DNA of 63,056 nt, the filler included, from Psammoneis japonica (taxonomy: Eukaryota): the NCBI GenBank assembly GCA_008632985.1. It is 4 parts of 4 records of this genome, joined end to end, with 100 filler letters (N's around TTAATTAATTAA, not from the genome) between each part and the next. Parts side by side here need not be neighbours in the genome. Positions count along the whole stretch, not along the records: positions 1 to 23,990 come from QPGO01000244.1; 3 more parts are not named here. The stretch is one strand, 5' to 3'. A program made the position numbers and the translations under genes. A model generated the notes under the pieces. The model saw only the letters and a program-made list of their open reading frames with translations. It was not told the DNA's origin and did no database searches. Shown one piece after another: positions 1-13,543 of the stretch (the stretch's first letter is position 1; the number at the start of each line of letters is the position of its first letter).

Positions 1-617
1 TGTGTTGGACTTCCTGACTGAGGAAATGGCCAAGGAAATTGTTCCAAACAGCTGTGTCACATTGTCTTGTGAATCTGAGGAGGGATTCTATCTGCTGCAA
101 TGGGATGAACTCCCCCACAAAGCACAGGAGGACAAGGTGTGGAAAGAGTTTGACCCACCCATGGCCGGTGAATGGGTTTGCAAGGGAACGCATCTTAACC
201 CTGTTCCACGGGCCAGAGGATGGCACACTCCCGGTGATGCTGAGGAATGTGAGACAAGAGTGTTGCTCAAGCAAACTGCAATTGCCGACATTGAGCTTGA
301 TGAACCATCAGCCAATCTGGAACTGCCAAGCACGTGCAACAGGAATGAGGCTTCACTTCTTCATCCACGTCATTTGAGTGATGACAAGCATGAAGGAATT
401 CTGGATGCCATCCAACAGCAGGAGGCAATGGATCATTTTGAGGACTGTTCAGACGAGGTGGAGGAACAAGACATCAAAACTGGTGAGTGGGGGGGAGAGA
501 ATGACGACATGGAAGACACTGTGGAGGATGATGAGAGCACGGCAGGGGACAGTGACAGCGACAATTCGGACAAATAAAATGGCAATGGGAAAAGGAACAA
601 ACACTGTGATTGTCATT

Positions 618-1606
618 TTACATCACGCAACTAGAGTGGCCATCCAACACAAAAGCTTTCCTTTTTGCACACAACTTCTGCTGCACCGCCCCAGGAAGTT
701 CGAACTGGTGCACCATGAACACTTGTTGCAGACGCTTTTTAGCCACGCATTTCACCTCATGTTCCTCATTCCCAAGACACCAATTGAAACACTTGATGTC
801 CTTTGCTGGCAATGCAAAAGGGTGGTTGGAATCAAAGATCCATCCACGGTGCAAGGCAATGCAGTGGTTGTTCACAAGATGGCACAAAGTATGAAGTCAT
901 CATTGCAGGTCATCACGTCAAATTCACCACCTGCTGCAAGGGAAATTGTTCAATCCACACTGCCGCAAAACTTCATGTTTGAGTTCTTAGGCAGGAATTT
1001 TCCCTTCAAACGACCATTCAACATGTTCTTTGCAAACAACATGTGCTTGTTGTCAGTGTCAGCATAGTTGGCAGATGTTTGAATGTGAGAAGCAATGCAG
1101 TCTCTCATTTCCACGTCACCAGCACAATCAAGAACACTGGCCAGGGAGGAAAAAACGCAAGTGTCGTTTTGTCCTTGCAGGAATTTCACGGGTGGACCGC
1201 TCTTCGGCAAGTTGCTGTTCAATGGCATCAACACGTTTCCTTCCGGCAAGGAGCAACAACCATCCGATGGCTTCAATTCTTTCAAATCTTTCCACACATC
1301 TGGAAACCGAAACTTAAAATTGCACTCAGTCCAATCCAGGGTTACATGCACAGGACGGTTCCCCTCCAAGCTGCAAGCAATGAAATCAGCTCCCCGCCCA
1401 ACAGGTGGAAGTTTTTGAATCTCCGCTTCAGTCAATCTCTTCAGTTTGGCAATCTGTGGTGGGTTGCAAATTGATTCCACCTTGTTCTTAATCTCGTCCC
1501 TGCATTTTCGATTGAGTTGCTGGGGAACGTTTGGTTTGTGTTTGGCACGTAAAATGAGGCCCGCACATGTGTTCATGGGATGGCCATTCATTTCATTGCA
1601 TCGCAC
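618..1606 (-). pseudogene. Degenerate, frameshifted ORF with a putative papain-like cysteine-protease domain (repeat cargo)
   Basis: ORF 950..1606 has Q-x4-C 'FLQGQNDTCVFSSLAS'. The downstream frame 618..887 has 'HCIALHRGWIFDSN' (His...Asp/Asn). TpA-depleted. The fold assignment is inferred from motif shape only. Confidence 0.4.
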
Positions 1607-1923
1607 GTCAAACCATCATTCCCACAACATGACGCCCTTGTTTTTCCCTTCAAAGCAACCAAACAAGTGAGGAGCGGCTCCTTCAGAATTGCCAGGATGC
1701 TGACGCCTGCTGTTCCATTCACTTGGATCAATCCAAATGAGTTTTTTAACCTGCAACATCACTTGAGTGTCTTCGTGCTCACGCTCGAGTCGATCCCTTT
1801 CTTGTTGGTGTCGCTGCTCTTTGGTCAACCGATGCCATGAAGTGTCTCCTTTTGGCCTTGGTTTCAGGACAGAGCTGCGAAGGCCAATGAGATCCTCATC
1901 CTTGTGCACTCCAGTGATGTCTT

Positions 1924-2514
1924 TCAAAAGCTGATCTCCCGCTTCTCTTCTGCAGCTGGGGCTTTCTCCCTCTTCTCTTTTGCAGCCAGGGCTTTCTCCC
2001 TCTTCTCTTTTGCAGCCTTGGCTTTCTCCCTCTTCTCTTCTGCAGCCGCAGAAACTTCTTCCTTGTGTTCATCGTCCTCCTCGTCCTCAGTTTCCTCTGG
2101 ATCTTGCTCCTCCTGGATTTCGTCTTGCACACCGTCATCTTCCTCCTCTTCCTCCTCTTCCTCAGACAATTGATCCATGGCCCCATCTTCCTCCTCCTGG
2201 TTTTTGTCTCGCAGTTGCAACCTTGCAGTGCCAGCCTCGGCCTTTTGCAGGTCATCCGTCTCTTCAGTGCCCTCCTTCCCCTCTTCCTCTTCCTCCTCCT
2301 CCACCTCTTCCTTCAACCCTGCATCACGGACACTGGCGTGATGCACGCAACGATGGTGACGAATCCTTCTGCAAAACTTGTGCCGTGCAAGTCCAGGAGC
2401 TGCCTTGCACCAATCAGCAAGGTGAGCAAGTGGCTCTTTGAAATGGTCCTTCCTGCTTGGTCCGGCAGGGAAGTGAACTTCAACCATGTGTTTGTCTTTG
2501 GTGACGGCCTCCAC
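1924..2514 (-). pseudogene. Glu/Lys-rich low-complexity ORF remnant with a 30-bp tandem repeat (~1950-2050)
   Basis: Poly-Glu tracts and 'A(A/K)EKREKA' repeats. The + strand shows a repeating gctttctccctcttctc unit. Confidence 0.35.
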
Positions 2515-4259
2515 TAACTCGGAGCATCATTGTGGCTTGAAAGGCTTGCACCACTGGTCCGGCGGACAAGTGGTGCCTCTGCATTCACCATCAGAGGCAA
2601 TCCGCAATGCATGGTTGCACCACCAACCTACAATGATGTCAAACAAGGCCTCGGATGGCAGTCTGTCATCGGGGTCACATGGCCCAAATGAGAAAATCCT
2701 CTGGCAGCCACTCGTGCAACTTGTGAGCACTTTGCATTGTGCGTTGGTGGGAAGTTCGGGAATGCAGGGATCTTCCTGCATGTCATCATCCGACTGTTCA
2801 AGCTTCTCCCTTTTGTGAATGCTCGTCATGAAAAACACAATCGTCATTGTGATCCACAATTTTCTTCAACTTCTTACAGCTGATGCATGGTTTTCGACGT
2901 GGCTTTTCGTCCACCTGCTTCCTCTGAGCGATTTCGTTTGGAACAGAGCAATGGTTGCAGATTGAACCCCAGTGCTGTTTTGCAGATAGAACGGGACATC
3001 TTGTTTCACAGTGGAACTTGACGTGCAACCCCTTCAAAGCCAACATTTCAAAATTGTTCTTCACCCCCTTTGGAGACTTCATTCGTCACCAACTTTGAAA
3101 CACAGCCTCACCAAAAGGCAGCCACGCATGCGTCTTTAAATCTTCGGTCGACTTTTCATCATCGTGCGTTTCTAGGTTTTGAATGTTGACCAAAGATGCC
3201 AAGTGGAATCGGTGCTTGGCAATGCATGAATGATCAGCAATGCATCCTCCTTCAACAAGCAGTTCCACCCAACAGCCTTCATTCTTGCGGATCTCTGTTG
3301 CAACGTTCTGACACTCGGCGCTGAAATGAGGCAATGCCAAAACAATTGCAGAGCTCATTGGAGTAATCCTCTCCTTTGCACACAGGGCAACAGTGTTGCC
3401 TTGATCATTCATCATGAGATCATCCCAGCCCCAGTGTTTGCGGACGTCCGCCAGGTCGGAATGATCACTCATGGTGTCCGTGATGTCCTCAAAACCCATC
3501 ACTCCCATGTGATGAGACTTCAAAGTCTTCTGACAATGAAGACATGCATCCATCTTCTTGACAAACCACAGCAAATGGCTTGGGCAAGTCCAATCAAAAA
3601 AGGACATGCACCTCAACTCAACGGTGCAATCGATTCACTCTCATCACCCATCCCAACCGACACAACCGGAGACTCTGTCACATGGACGCAATCAACAAGC
3701 AGGCCAATGTTTGTCTTGACACGGTGCATCAAAACAGCAGCAACATTTTGCTTGTCCTTCACGGCACCCCTCATCAACATTCCTGATGGCACCACAACCA
3801 ACATCAAGAGGTGCTGGTTCTTGTCCTTGATGTGTTGGTTCAGTTGTGGTGATTCTCGGAGTTAAATTTTTCACAAAACCAATCGACAACAGTGTTGCGG
3901 AATGTGTTCCGTGTTTTGGCACTGTTGAACCCATCCAAACCATTCTTGTGATGAAGAACATGAAAGAGAGGGCTTGTCTTCTTTGTTCCACGATCTTCTG
4001 TGGTCAAGATGCTCAAATCTACAAGACCTTGAGGGCACTCAAGGGGATCAACTGCATCTTGGAGAGGCACAGTGCACCAAGTTTTGGCTTTGCCCTGCGG
4101 TGGGCAATGTTCCGCGAGTGCCTCGACGCAATGCTGGACGCAAAAGGAAACCTTCAACATGCTGGAAGAGTCATCGTTTGCTTGAGGGGAACTGCCCCAA
4201 CGGGACGCTGCTGGGAGGCTACTTTGGCCAATGTGTCCATGGCGAACGCACTGCTTTTG

Positions 4260-4500
4260 CACTCCTGTTTGTACGACAAATGCACTCCAGAGAGGGGGCC
4301 AACATCAGTCACTGCAAAAGTGATGCGGATGAACAGAGGCAGCCCACAAGGCAGTTCCAGATGCTGAAAAGCATCAAACAGCAAGCTGCACTCCCGCTTG
4401 TGCAACAAATGCACTCCAGAGAGGGGGGCAATGTCAGTTGCCGCGAAAGTGATGCGGATGAACAGAGGCAGCCTCCAAGGCAGTTCCAGATGCTGAAAAG
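4260..4500. repeat. Two-copy ~129-bp tandem repeat
   Basis: 'caaatgcactccagaga...cagttccagatgctgaaaag' occurs twice. Copies differ by, e.g., gtacgaca vs gtgcaaca. Confidence 0.85.
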
Positions 4501-7489
4501 TACAAACAGCAAGCGTCACAGTGAAAACAAACCAAGAAAAGTTTGTTCCAGTAGAAACTGTCACTCGGAGAATGCTCGGGCGAATGCTTGAGTTTTGTAG
4601 AAATTCCGAAGGCCCTGGTGCAAAACAACCATAAAACGAGACGTGAGAAGCAACCAGAAAAATGCACGTGCATGGTGACGCGAGCGACTTGCCGAATTCG
4701 AAACGAGAGAACACAAAGAGATGGTGTCATCCGCAATGACAGCAACTCTTTAGAGCCGCAATCGCATTGCGACAACAATGATGTAACTTTGAAATGAAAG
4801 GAACAGATGGTTCCACACAACCGCAAGGGCAAAGAGGGGGTTGTGGAGCAGTGACAGCGGTGTGCTGCATTGTGGCTGGTGTGTGTTGGGTGGACGGCAT
4901 GTGTTCGTAGATAGTCAGCATTGTTCTACACATCACCAGAAAAACATTAAATGCCAACTGACACGATTCTTCCTGTGACGCATTGTGCACCTTGGTTGTT
5001 GCACATGAGCATCAACATCACAAACACATCACGTCACCAAAACAATCAATGTTTGCACAAAGCCAAAAAGTGCGAGCTCTGCCGGGTGGAGACAAAAATG
5101 TTGCACTGAAAACTGCGTGGAAAATCTAGCATGATAAAAAGCAGAGCACCTGGAGCTGGAACAGGCCAGCATGCACTCTGGCCAGCTTGTTTGCAAAATT
5201 GCCACTTTTTCTGTTGGCAATCATCAGCACATTTGTTGCCCAGTGGTTTCAGCACAGAGTTTGCATGCAAAATTTTGTGGGCCCAATGTCACATGGGTTC
5301 CCACCTGCATCTGGAGCTCATCGGCTGCCGGCTGCCCATCACCAAAAACCTTTTTTGTCAGCACCCCACCAATGATGAGAGACCATTTTTGCTCAGCCCT
5401 GAACAATTTGTGAGTTTTCTTGCTCTGGTGCATGGAAAAAGAAGAGCAGCAGCAAAACCAGCCTTGTCATGTCCCCTTTTTGAGAAACACACATTTGGCA
5501 AAAACGCTCTTGAAAGCAGCACTGCAGCCCTCTGGCCTCCTTCAGCCAGTCAAACGGGGGGCTGCTGCGTGAACCACAAAAATTGAAAGCGTGATGAAAG
5601 CACAATTGAAAGCCAAAAGCCCATTGTGCATGAAAGCGTGTGTTTGTTGACCTTTCTGTGTGTGGTTTGGTCGACTTCCGGCTTGCCACAGACTTGCGTC
5701 ACATGCAAAAACAATTGAGCAGGAACACAAGGAAGAAGTCATTGCAAAAAAGACTTCTCAGATTCCTGATTCCAGCTCCTGGCACAGCTGGCTGAAATGG
5801 AAAGATCAGTCCTGCTCTTTTGTCTCTGGGGCCCAGTGCTGACACTGTGGCAGTGATGGGTCAACCATCGCAAAACAGTGAGGTCAAATGCTTGTCTTTC
5901 TCCTCAGGTCAAACAAATGCCCAGCTGATGGAAACTGAAATTGCTGTGTCTGTGTTGCCGTCAGTGTGACATTTTAGTGCGCTCATCTTCTGCGCGAAAT
6001 GTCGTACATTTGAGCACAGTGCAAGGACTCAAATCGCACCGGCAGGATGTGATGATGTGACGTGCCTTGCTTTTGTTCTCTGTTGATGCTTTGAGTGCAA
6101 ACACACCATGATGGCTGCCACAGATGCCGCCATTCAGGACGAGGACTTGACATCAACACAAACACAGGTCGAGTCTGTCATGGAGACTGCATGTTCCAAG
6201 CTTGAATCCTCGTTGTTGACAAGCAAACCTCGTCATCGTCGAAAGGCACAGTGGTGTGAATTGCTGGAAGTGTGGAAAGCATGGGCATGTTAAAGCAAAA
6301 TGTCCTGAAAACAAGAAGGACGAAAGCTCTCAGAATGTGGGCACTTTCCAGGTGATGGGATGGGCTGGATAACCTGATTGCATGCCCAAGAATCCCATTT
6401 CTAAATTGCAATTGCTTGTGCAAAGGAGTGTGTTGGACGTCAGATGGACAACGGCCAGATGATTGGCACTTGAAGAATGCAGCACGGTGTGAGATGTGGT
6501 GCGCATTTATGAGGCATCGCAGAATGGGGCAACGCACTTTCAAAAATCTGGTTCCCAGTGGAATTCTGCTTGCATGGAACTGGTGCCAGCATCTGCAAGC
6601 AGAACACAACAATGCTGCACTCATCACGACTGCAACACGGAAGTCTGTCATGTCGGGTGTGTCAACGTTGTCGCTCTTCTTGCGTGCACAAAAAACACAT
6701 CAATCCGCTGATGTTGTGCATGCAAATTTGATGGGATGCAGGATCTTTGCAAAATCTGGGCAAAAATTGTCCCTTCGTGCTTCACCGTGCTAAAAACCCC
6801 GTGACATCCTCCACAATGAGTGAAAATCCAAACTTTTCATCAAAATCTCTTGTCGCGTGCTCATTCAGTGCTTCATTGATGCAAACAAATGAGAAAACTC
6901 CAAATGCACTCCACAAAAAGTGAATCAAGTCCCACCACGGCCAAAAACTCTGCGTGCTTTCAGCACCAAGTTGTGCATGTCAAAAATCAGTTGTCACCAT
7001 CGCTCAATCAGCTCCCAAAACAACTCGATCATTGTCATCCAACATTTATGCTGCACTCATTGTTGTGCAAGTTGTCGTCTCGGTGCACCAGAACCCCCCA
7101 GTTGGCTGTTGTTGTCATGTGCGGCCATCGCTGATGTCGCGGCATCGTTGCCGTGATGTTTGTGTGTGTTGGAGTGAATTCAAATCGATCACTGTGAATT
7201 TCACAGCACATTCTGCATGCGCAAATTTTGTGCAGATTAGCGTGGGAACCGGATTTTTGAAAAGTGGGTTGCCCCATGACTCTCACTTTTTAGAGCAACA
7301 CTCAACTGTCAGCACACTGTGCATTTGTGGATTGTGCAACAGACAGGAGTCTCCAGGGGTTACAAATCCAAGACTGGGAAGGGAGCCAGCATGATTGTTG
7401 CAAGTTCATCAGCGCCAAGGGTGCCATGGCCAGGAAGTCATTGCCAAAGCTCCTCCGTGACGAATGGCATCATGGGATGAAGAAGCCTG

Positions 7490-7863
7490 TGTGGGTTTGT
7501 GGCAGTTTACGCCGCAGAGATAGAAACAGCAACAACAGACAATTTGGGAGGTGCGAATTGACCAGCTGCTTGACAACCAATGAGAATTTGTAAAGAACAA
7601 GAAGTGACCCGCATTTGCACCGGACTCAACACAGATGAACATGGTGCAAAGACTTGTCAGGAATGAGAAGTTCTTGATTGCATGAAAGAAGAACAGAAGT
7701 GAGGCTCAATTCTCGATTTGAACCCCAGACCTCCGACCTCATTCGTTTCTCGATCTGTGATTGGGTGAGTCGTTGATGGTGGTTGATGGCGGTTTCTGAG
7801 CGGCCATTGTCACACGCAGGACTTGATGGCACACTGACACATGAATGTGTGTGCATTCTCACA
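7490..7863 (-). repeat. 3' LTR of the copia element
   Basis: Aligns with 13544-13905. Has TG...CA termini and lies next to the PPT. Confidence 0.9.
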
Positions 7864-7889
7864 CTCCCTCACACTGAAATGTCCAAGTT

Positions 7890-10800
7890 GCCACCATCCC
7901 TGAACCAAGAGACGATGGCGAATGAACATCGCTGGGTCCGGCATTTTAGTCAGGAAGTTGGCCTGTTGGAGTTTGGTCCCAACAGCTTCAATCAAGAGAC
8001 GTCCGTTGGCGACTTCAGAGTGGAAGTGGTGACAGATGTTGTTGACATGGCATGTTCTTGGATGCATCTTGGGCACTTTTGCAATTTCAAGTGCAGCCGA
8101 GTTGTCTTTGAACAGCTTGCAGTGGACTGTTGGTGTCTTTGCCACAGGACAAAACTTCTCATTCACCTCCTCAAGGAGGTGCATGGATGCTTTAACATGC
8201 CTGGTGGCAGCCGACAAGGCCAAGCATTCACTCTCACTGCTGCTGAGAGCAAATTGAGTCTGTGGCTTGGAAGACCAGCAGAGAGGAGCCCCTCCACACT
8301 TAACAACATGGCCGCTGCGAGACTTTGCTGTGTTGGGGTCCTCTGCCACGATTGCCTTGTCCCAATTGCCACAGAAGTCAGCATCCACACAGCACTCAAA
8401 GCTCTTGGTGCCATCTGGAGGGACCTGAATGCAGTGGCCCTTGTCACGAGTCAGCAAAAAGCACCGTCCAAGGTGCTTGAGGGCTGCTCCATGGGATTTC
8501 TTTGGATTGGCGGTGAAGCGAGCCAGTTGGTGAGTTGTGTGCATGACATCAGGGCGAGCAGACTTCTCAAGGAAGTGACTTTGCCCACAACCGATCGGCA
8601 GTCGAAATCACAATCAAAAGGTTTGCCGTCAAAGTCAGGCCCAATGAGCCCAGCAGAGAGGGCTGGAAGCTCCCTGGTGGTCACTGCTTTCTTCGGCATT
8701 CCATCCTCGTTGACAAGTCCAAAATCAATGAGAATGCTGTTGATGAGGTGAGGCTGAGCCAAGTGATGTCGGTTCTCGTCCCTCTGAATCTTGACTCCAA
8801 GGCATTCGTCAATGGTTCCTTCGTCCTCCACATCGAATGTGGTTTGCATCAACTTGATGACCTTGTCAATGTTCGCTGCAGACTCCCAATCAAAGACAAG
8901 ACAATCATCTGTGTGGACCAGGAGGACTGTGGTTCCTCTGCAGAAGACACATTCATTGCACTCTGATGGAACAAATCCGAGTTGCAACAAACGGGCGCAG
9001 AGATGTTTGTGCCAAGTTCGTCCACTGTCATGTCCGCTGTAGATGTTCTTCTTAATGCGGAGACAAAATTTTTTGTGTGATCAATGCCAGGAAACATCAC
9101 TCCCCCAGGTAGTTCCATGAAGGTGGGCCGTGGAATGTCCGCTTGTGGACACGCAAGGACAAAATCAACCTGTCTTGAATGCCAGCCATGCATGACACAT
9201 GGACACAGGAACAGATGGATTGTTGTCCAGGACAAAGCAGGTGCACTAGTCTGGTCACAGTGCTTTCCGGGAATTTGCTTGTGCCCGCCAAGATTGAGCC
9301 GACTCTTCCATTTATAGACCTCTCGTGTGTGAATTCGGTGCTCGCGCTTCATTGACCATGCTGCTGGTGGGACAGTCTCGTCGTCAGGCACATTGGATTT
9401 CTCACACAGTTCCCAATGATCATGAGTGGTGTGGTCTCGAATTTCCTTCACCATGGCCTCCTTGAACTGCTCTGCATCTGGCTGCTTCATGGCTTCATGC
9501 ACGCACATGGCATCTGGATCAGCAGAGGCCTTCAAGGAGCAAGCGATGGGATCATCAAGTTCTGCTTGAAAATCTTGTTCTGAGCACATGTCCTGGTCCA
9601 GCACTTCGAAATCGGCTTGATGTGATGCAACATTGGCCTGCTGCTGCAGTTCCGACTTGATCACACGCTGTGTTGGCTGAACAGTGCATCCAGACTGTGT
9701 CATTTGCACTGCTGGTGGAGGCTCTGGTTCAGGGACTTCGGACTCCGGCAGTGATTCTGGGGTCTCAGAGACTCCCTCATTTGTTGCATTTGTCGTGTCT
9801 TCCTCGTCTTCCACCAACTCATCTGGTGCGGCTGCCTCCAAAGGCATTTCAGTGGGTTCGGCACCATGGTGGGCACTTGTCGTGATTCATGTGGTCTTGA
9901 CGCATGCCGTTGCTGCGGTCTTCTCATCAAGTCATGGTTGAAGTTTTGAGTCTTGGATGAAGTGGCAGATCTGCTGCCAGCGGGACTCAGTCGTGCGTTG
10001 GGATTTGAGTGTTTCAAACAAATTGTCAAACCTCATGTGACATTGTGGTGAGACCATCTTCGTGGCGAGATTTAAAACCAAAGCAACCAAATGAGAGTGT
10101 CTTGGCGATGGTCCAAGATGTGGACCAACTCGAGAGCAAGGGTCCCACTTGGGTGTGGTGTTGTTGGCCTGCAATTTGTTGTTGAGAACACAGGCTGGAC
10201 AGGCGAACGGATGAAAGTGCCAAATTTTGGGTTTCACTGGTGCTTTTGAGAAAAGTTTGATCGGCAACGCTTGTTGACCAGCTCTTGGCACACAGTTGTG
10301 CACAGCATTTGCGCATCAAACAGTGCAGGGCCACAGAGCCACCTCTGCTGCTGCTGGCCATCGATGCTTGGCGTGCATGAGTTGTGTGCGAGCCAAATCT
10401 TGGAGGTCACGGATTCTTTTCTCGCAAATGCTGTTTTGAAAATGTGCATTGACTCCACAAAAGGACATTGTTTGGTTTGCATCCTTCACTGCCTTGAGGC
10501 ATGCATTGTCTGCAAAACAACCGTTGTCGGCGTGGCAGTGACGAATGTGGACTCCGAGTGATCAAGAGTGCACTTCAAACGCATGCTTTGCCGCTGCCGT
10601 CTCAACTCCAGTCAAAGTTGTTTGTGGATGAACGAAAGAGAGGTCACTGCAGTGATCAACGAACAAAGCAGCGCATTTGCATCGTTTTGTTGTTGCCCAG
10701 CCTTTCAATTGGCCTGCTGGTCCTGGTGTTGTCGCGTCGACTTGATCCACCGACACGCACTGACCAGGCTCAGCAGCCTTGAACATTTTGTGTTGTTTGT

Positions 10801-12115
10801 TGTCCCCTTTGACCTTACATGGTGCTTTTGTCGCTTTTCCGAATCGACAGGCCGCACATTGAGGGACATGACACGTTGATGGACGATGAGGTAGGTCTCC
10901 ACTGCGAGCCACAGCTTGCATGCGCGGAAATGGGAGATGACCGAGCCGACAGTGCCAAAGTAATAATTCGTGGGACGGATTCGCAGGCGTGATGATTTCT
11001 TCGTTTTCAATGAATGGTTCGTCATCTGAACCGTCCTCTGATGGGTTGAATTCAACTGCATTGGGGTTGGACGAAGGCATTGATTGATCCGCATGGACAG
11101 CTTCCTCGTTTGGGCTAGTTGTGTCATCGGGTGCTTCGTCAACCGGAATGTCAGTCGGAACAGTGGGTTGCTTGGCATGGTCCGAGACCCCGTTGGGCAG
11201 AGGAACATGATTGTGAGCAACAGCAGCATCGGGAGCATCGTCGTCGGGCGGAATGAGGTGCGCTCGGAATGCACAAAAATTTTCGGCACGACGACAGTCG
11301 CAGGTTTCGCGTGACGCCTGAAGGGACGTAAAGGAAGGGGTGGAGCGAAAGACACCGACATTGCTTTTGTTGAGGGGGACCGACCGCATGTGTTTTCGAT
11401 CCATCCACTCTGGCATGATGCGGTTGCTTGTGGTCACAGCACGAGTCCCTTCTTGGGTGTGCTCTTGTGGCTTGAGAGCTTGAGCCAGGTGTTGCGGAGA
11501 CAGGAGTCGCATCAAGAGGTCGGGAACACAACACATGCCGGGCACATTCATGGTGTGAGTCCGTCCGAGGTCGTCTTGGATGGGCCAACAACCAGTGCCT
11601 TTGCATGAGGTCGACACGTTGCCGGATGCACCTTTGACGTTGACGCTGACCTTTGTTGGCGGCTTTATGAAGTCCGACATCAAGTTGGTCAGACAGTGTA
11701 AGGCGTGGTCATCAACACCGATCAAAAATGAGTTGGTGTCACAGCTGTGGTTGTTGTGGGTCGAATGCCGCTCCGTGTCGGTGGTGGAAGAGCATCCGAC
11801 AACAGGTTTGCAGGTGACATGGACCTTGATGACCTTGTGCATGACACACGTGCCACATTTGCGATGGACATGTCGTTGGCGGCAAGCAGAGCCTTGCTTG
11901 CACCAACTCTGAGGTCTTCGGACTCGAGGCTTGGTGTTGAAGTTGAAGTGGAGGGGCTTGGCCAAGTCAGACAAGGAGTGCAACAGATCACATGCATTGC
12001 CAATCACGTTAGCTGCGATGGGAGTTACTTTCATCAAGAGAGTTTCCACAATCTCATCAGTGCAGGCCAAGATTGCAAACAGTGCAACAAGCAGTGTGGC
12101 ACAGATCATCTCCAA
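7890..12115 (-). pseudogene. pol: copia pol pseudogene (protease, GAG-pre-integrase, integrase, RT, RNase H)
   Basis: Motifs: IGVDDHALHCLTN (PR-like), LLWHCRLGHLPF...CAAC (pre-INT), CVSVDQ and FVDHCSD (INT), WKSRLNLGGHKQ, QVDFVLACPQA and LLVHTDD (RT; YxDD read as HTDD), CCVDADFCG, SRSGHVVKCGGAPLCWSSK and ESECLALS (RNase H). Confidence 0.93.
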
Positions 12116-12130
12116 ACCTGACTGCCACCT

Positions 12131-13454
12131 TCATTCACCCTGAGCTTGCTCAGTCACGTTGTTGATGCCGATGTTCGCCATGGAAGCGGTGAGAGCATTG
12201 GATGGTGGCTGACTTGGATTGCTGGAGTTCCTTTTGTCAGCTTTCTGCTTGGCATGGCAGTCCCTGCTCAAGTGCTGTCCCCAGCACTTGTGGAAGTCAC
12301 AATGCTTCCATTCTTCTCCCTCAAAGGTCTTCACTTTGGGTTCTCCGGGCTGAGGTTCGACACTGCGCCAAGAGACCATTTTCCTTTGAATTTCGGTGCT
12401 TCACCTTTCTTGCATTTGGTGGCATTTGAGGACTTCTTGGCCTGGCTGGCATTGGAAGGTTTCTGGCCCGATGACTGTTGGGGTGACCTGTGCGAGCATT
12501 GGTTCCGGAGGTCGTTCACTTTGGCGCGAAGAGCGATGATTTGCGCTTGTTCCTCAGTTGGTTCGCTCCACTTTTCATTGAGAATGAGAGCTTGATGCTT
12601 CTTCTCAGTGCAAATCATGAGTTGCTCATGGGCAACATCAGTCCATCATTGCAGTCGTCATTGTTTTTCTCCATGTGCTTGGTGAAATTCTTGTCCGCAC
12701 ATGCTGCACATCCCTTGAACAGGTTCGTGATGAGATCGTTGGACGTCTCACCTCGACTCGACAGGGATTTGATCCAGTCCCTCACATGCTCGTTGAATGC
12801 CTTGATGTCGTGGTTGGCTGCATCAACCATGCACTCATCCAAGGAAGCAAGCTCGGATTGGATGTGGGAGGCTGCAGCACGAGTGTCAATCTCGGCCTTC
12901 GAGAGTGGGATCTTGAGGTGCAATGTGCCGCAATCCACATCTCGGACACGATGCTGCTCAGATTTGTCAGCCAGAACTTGCTTGGCAGCTTCATCCACCG
13001 AGTTGTGAAGGCACAGATGCAACTGACAGTTGTTCTGGGATCCGCGATTCTGCCCGTTTGTGCAGGCAGCGGATGCCGTGCGGATCTGCTCCGGCGTGAT
13101 GTTTCTGCAGGACGTGAGCATGTTTCGGTTCTCCGCAGTGGCTCCAGCCACTCCCTCATTGACATTGATGGTCAGAATGTTGTTCCAGCCAAAAGCTTTG
13201 GACCTTGTGCGAAGCTCATCGAGCAGTGCGCGGATGTCAGGCTTCAGGGTGTTGAGCGTGGTCGGTGGGGGTTCAGCAGCTGTCTTGAACACATCGGCAT
13301 CACCTCGGCGACTGCAATCAAGCAGTGCATCACGGGCTGGAGCTGGTGAGCGAGCAAAATTGCCAGCTGGAGGGTTGTTCTGGGCTTCGACAAGAGGTTG
13401 GATGGCAGCAGGAATGGCTGCAGCAATCGAAGCTGCGATCTGCTCGGCGTTCAT
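12131..13454 (-). pseudogene. gag: copia gag pseudogene (frameshift near 12615)
   Basis: ORFs 12615..13454 and 12131..12618 lie between the 5' LTR and pol. C-terminal zinc-knuckle-like 'WKHCDFHKCWGQHLSRDC'. Confidence 0.8.
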
Positions 13455-13520
13455 GGTGTCGTCGTTTCGGCGTCCACGACATTGGGCTCTGGTTTCTGCA
13501 ACAATTTTGAACTGAGTCAG

Positions 13521-13543
13521 GTCTCTATAGCGCAGAGGAAGCG
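13521..13543 (-). promoter_or_regulatory. Putative primer-binding site complementary to a tRNA 5' end/D-arm
   Basis: Lies immediately inside the 5' LTR. The + strand GTCTCTATAGCGCAGAGGAAGCG has the layout of tRNA positions 1-24, with an initiator-Met-like D-loop (AGAGGAA). Confidence 0.55.

Noticed and set aside
7890..12115. Alternative genetic code or RNA editing to explain Cys/His at Tyr positions
   Set aside because: Neighbouring genes use Tyr normally. The same change affects LTRs, satellites and telomeric repeats on both strands, and the two LTRs differ from each other.
1..13500. Classical RIP or CpG decay alone as the cause of the TG/CA excess
   Set aside because: RIP creates TpA and stop codons, whereas TpA is lost here. 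CpG decay is present but cannot turn TAY into TGY or CAY.
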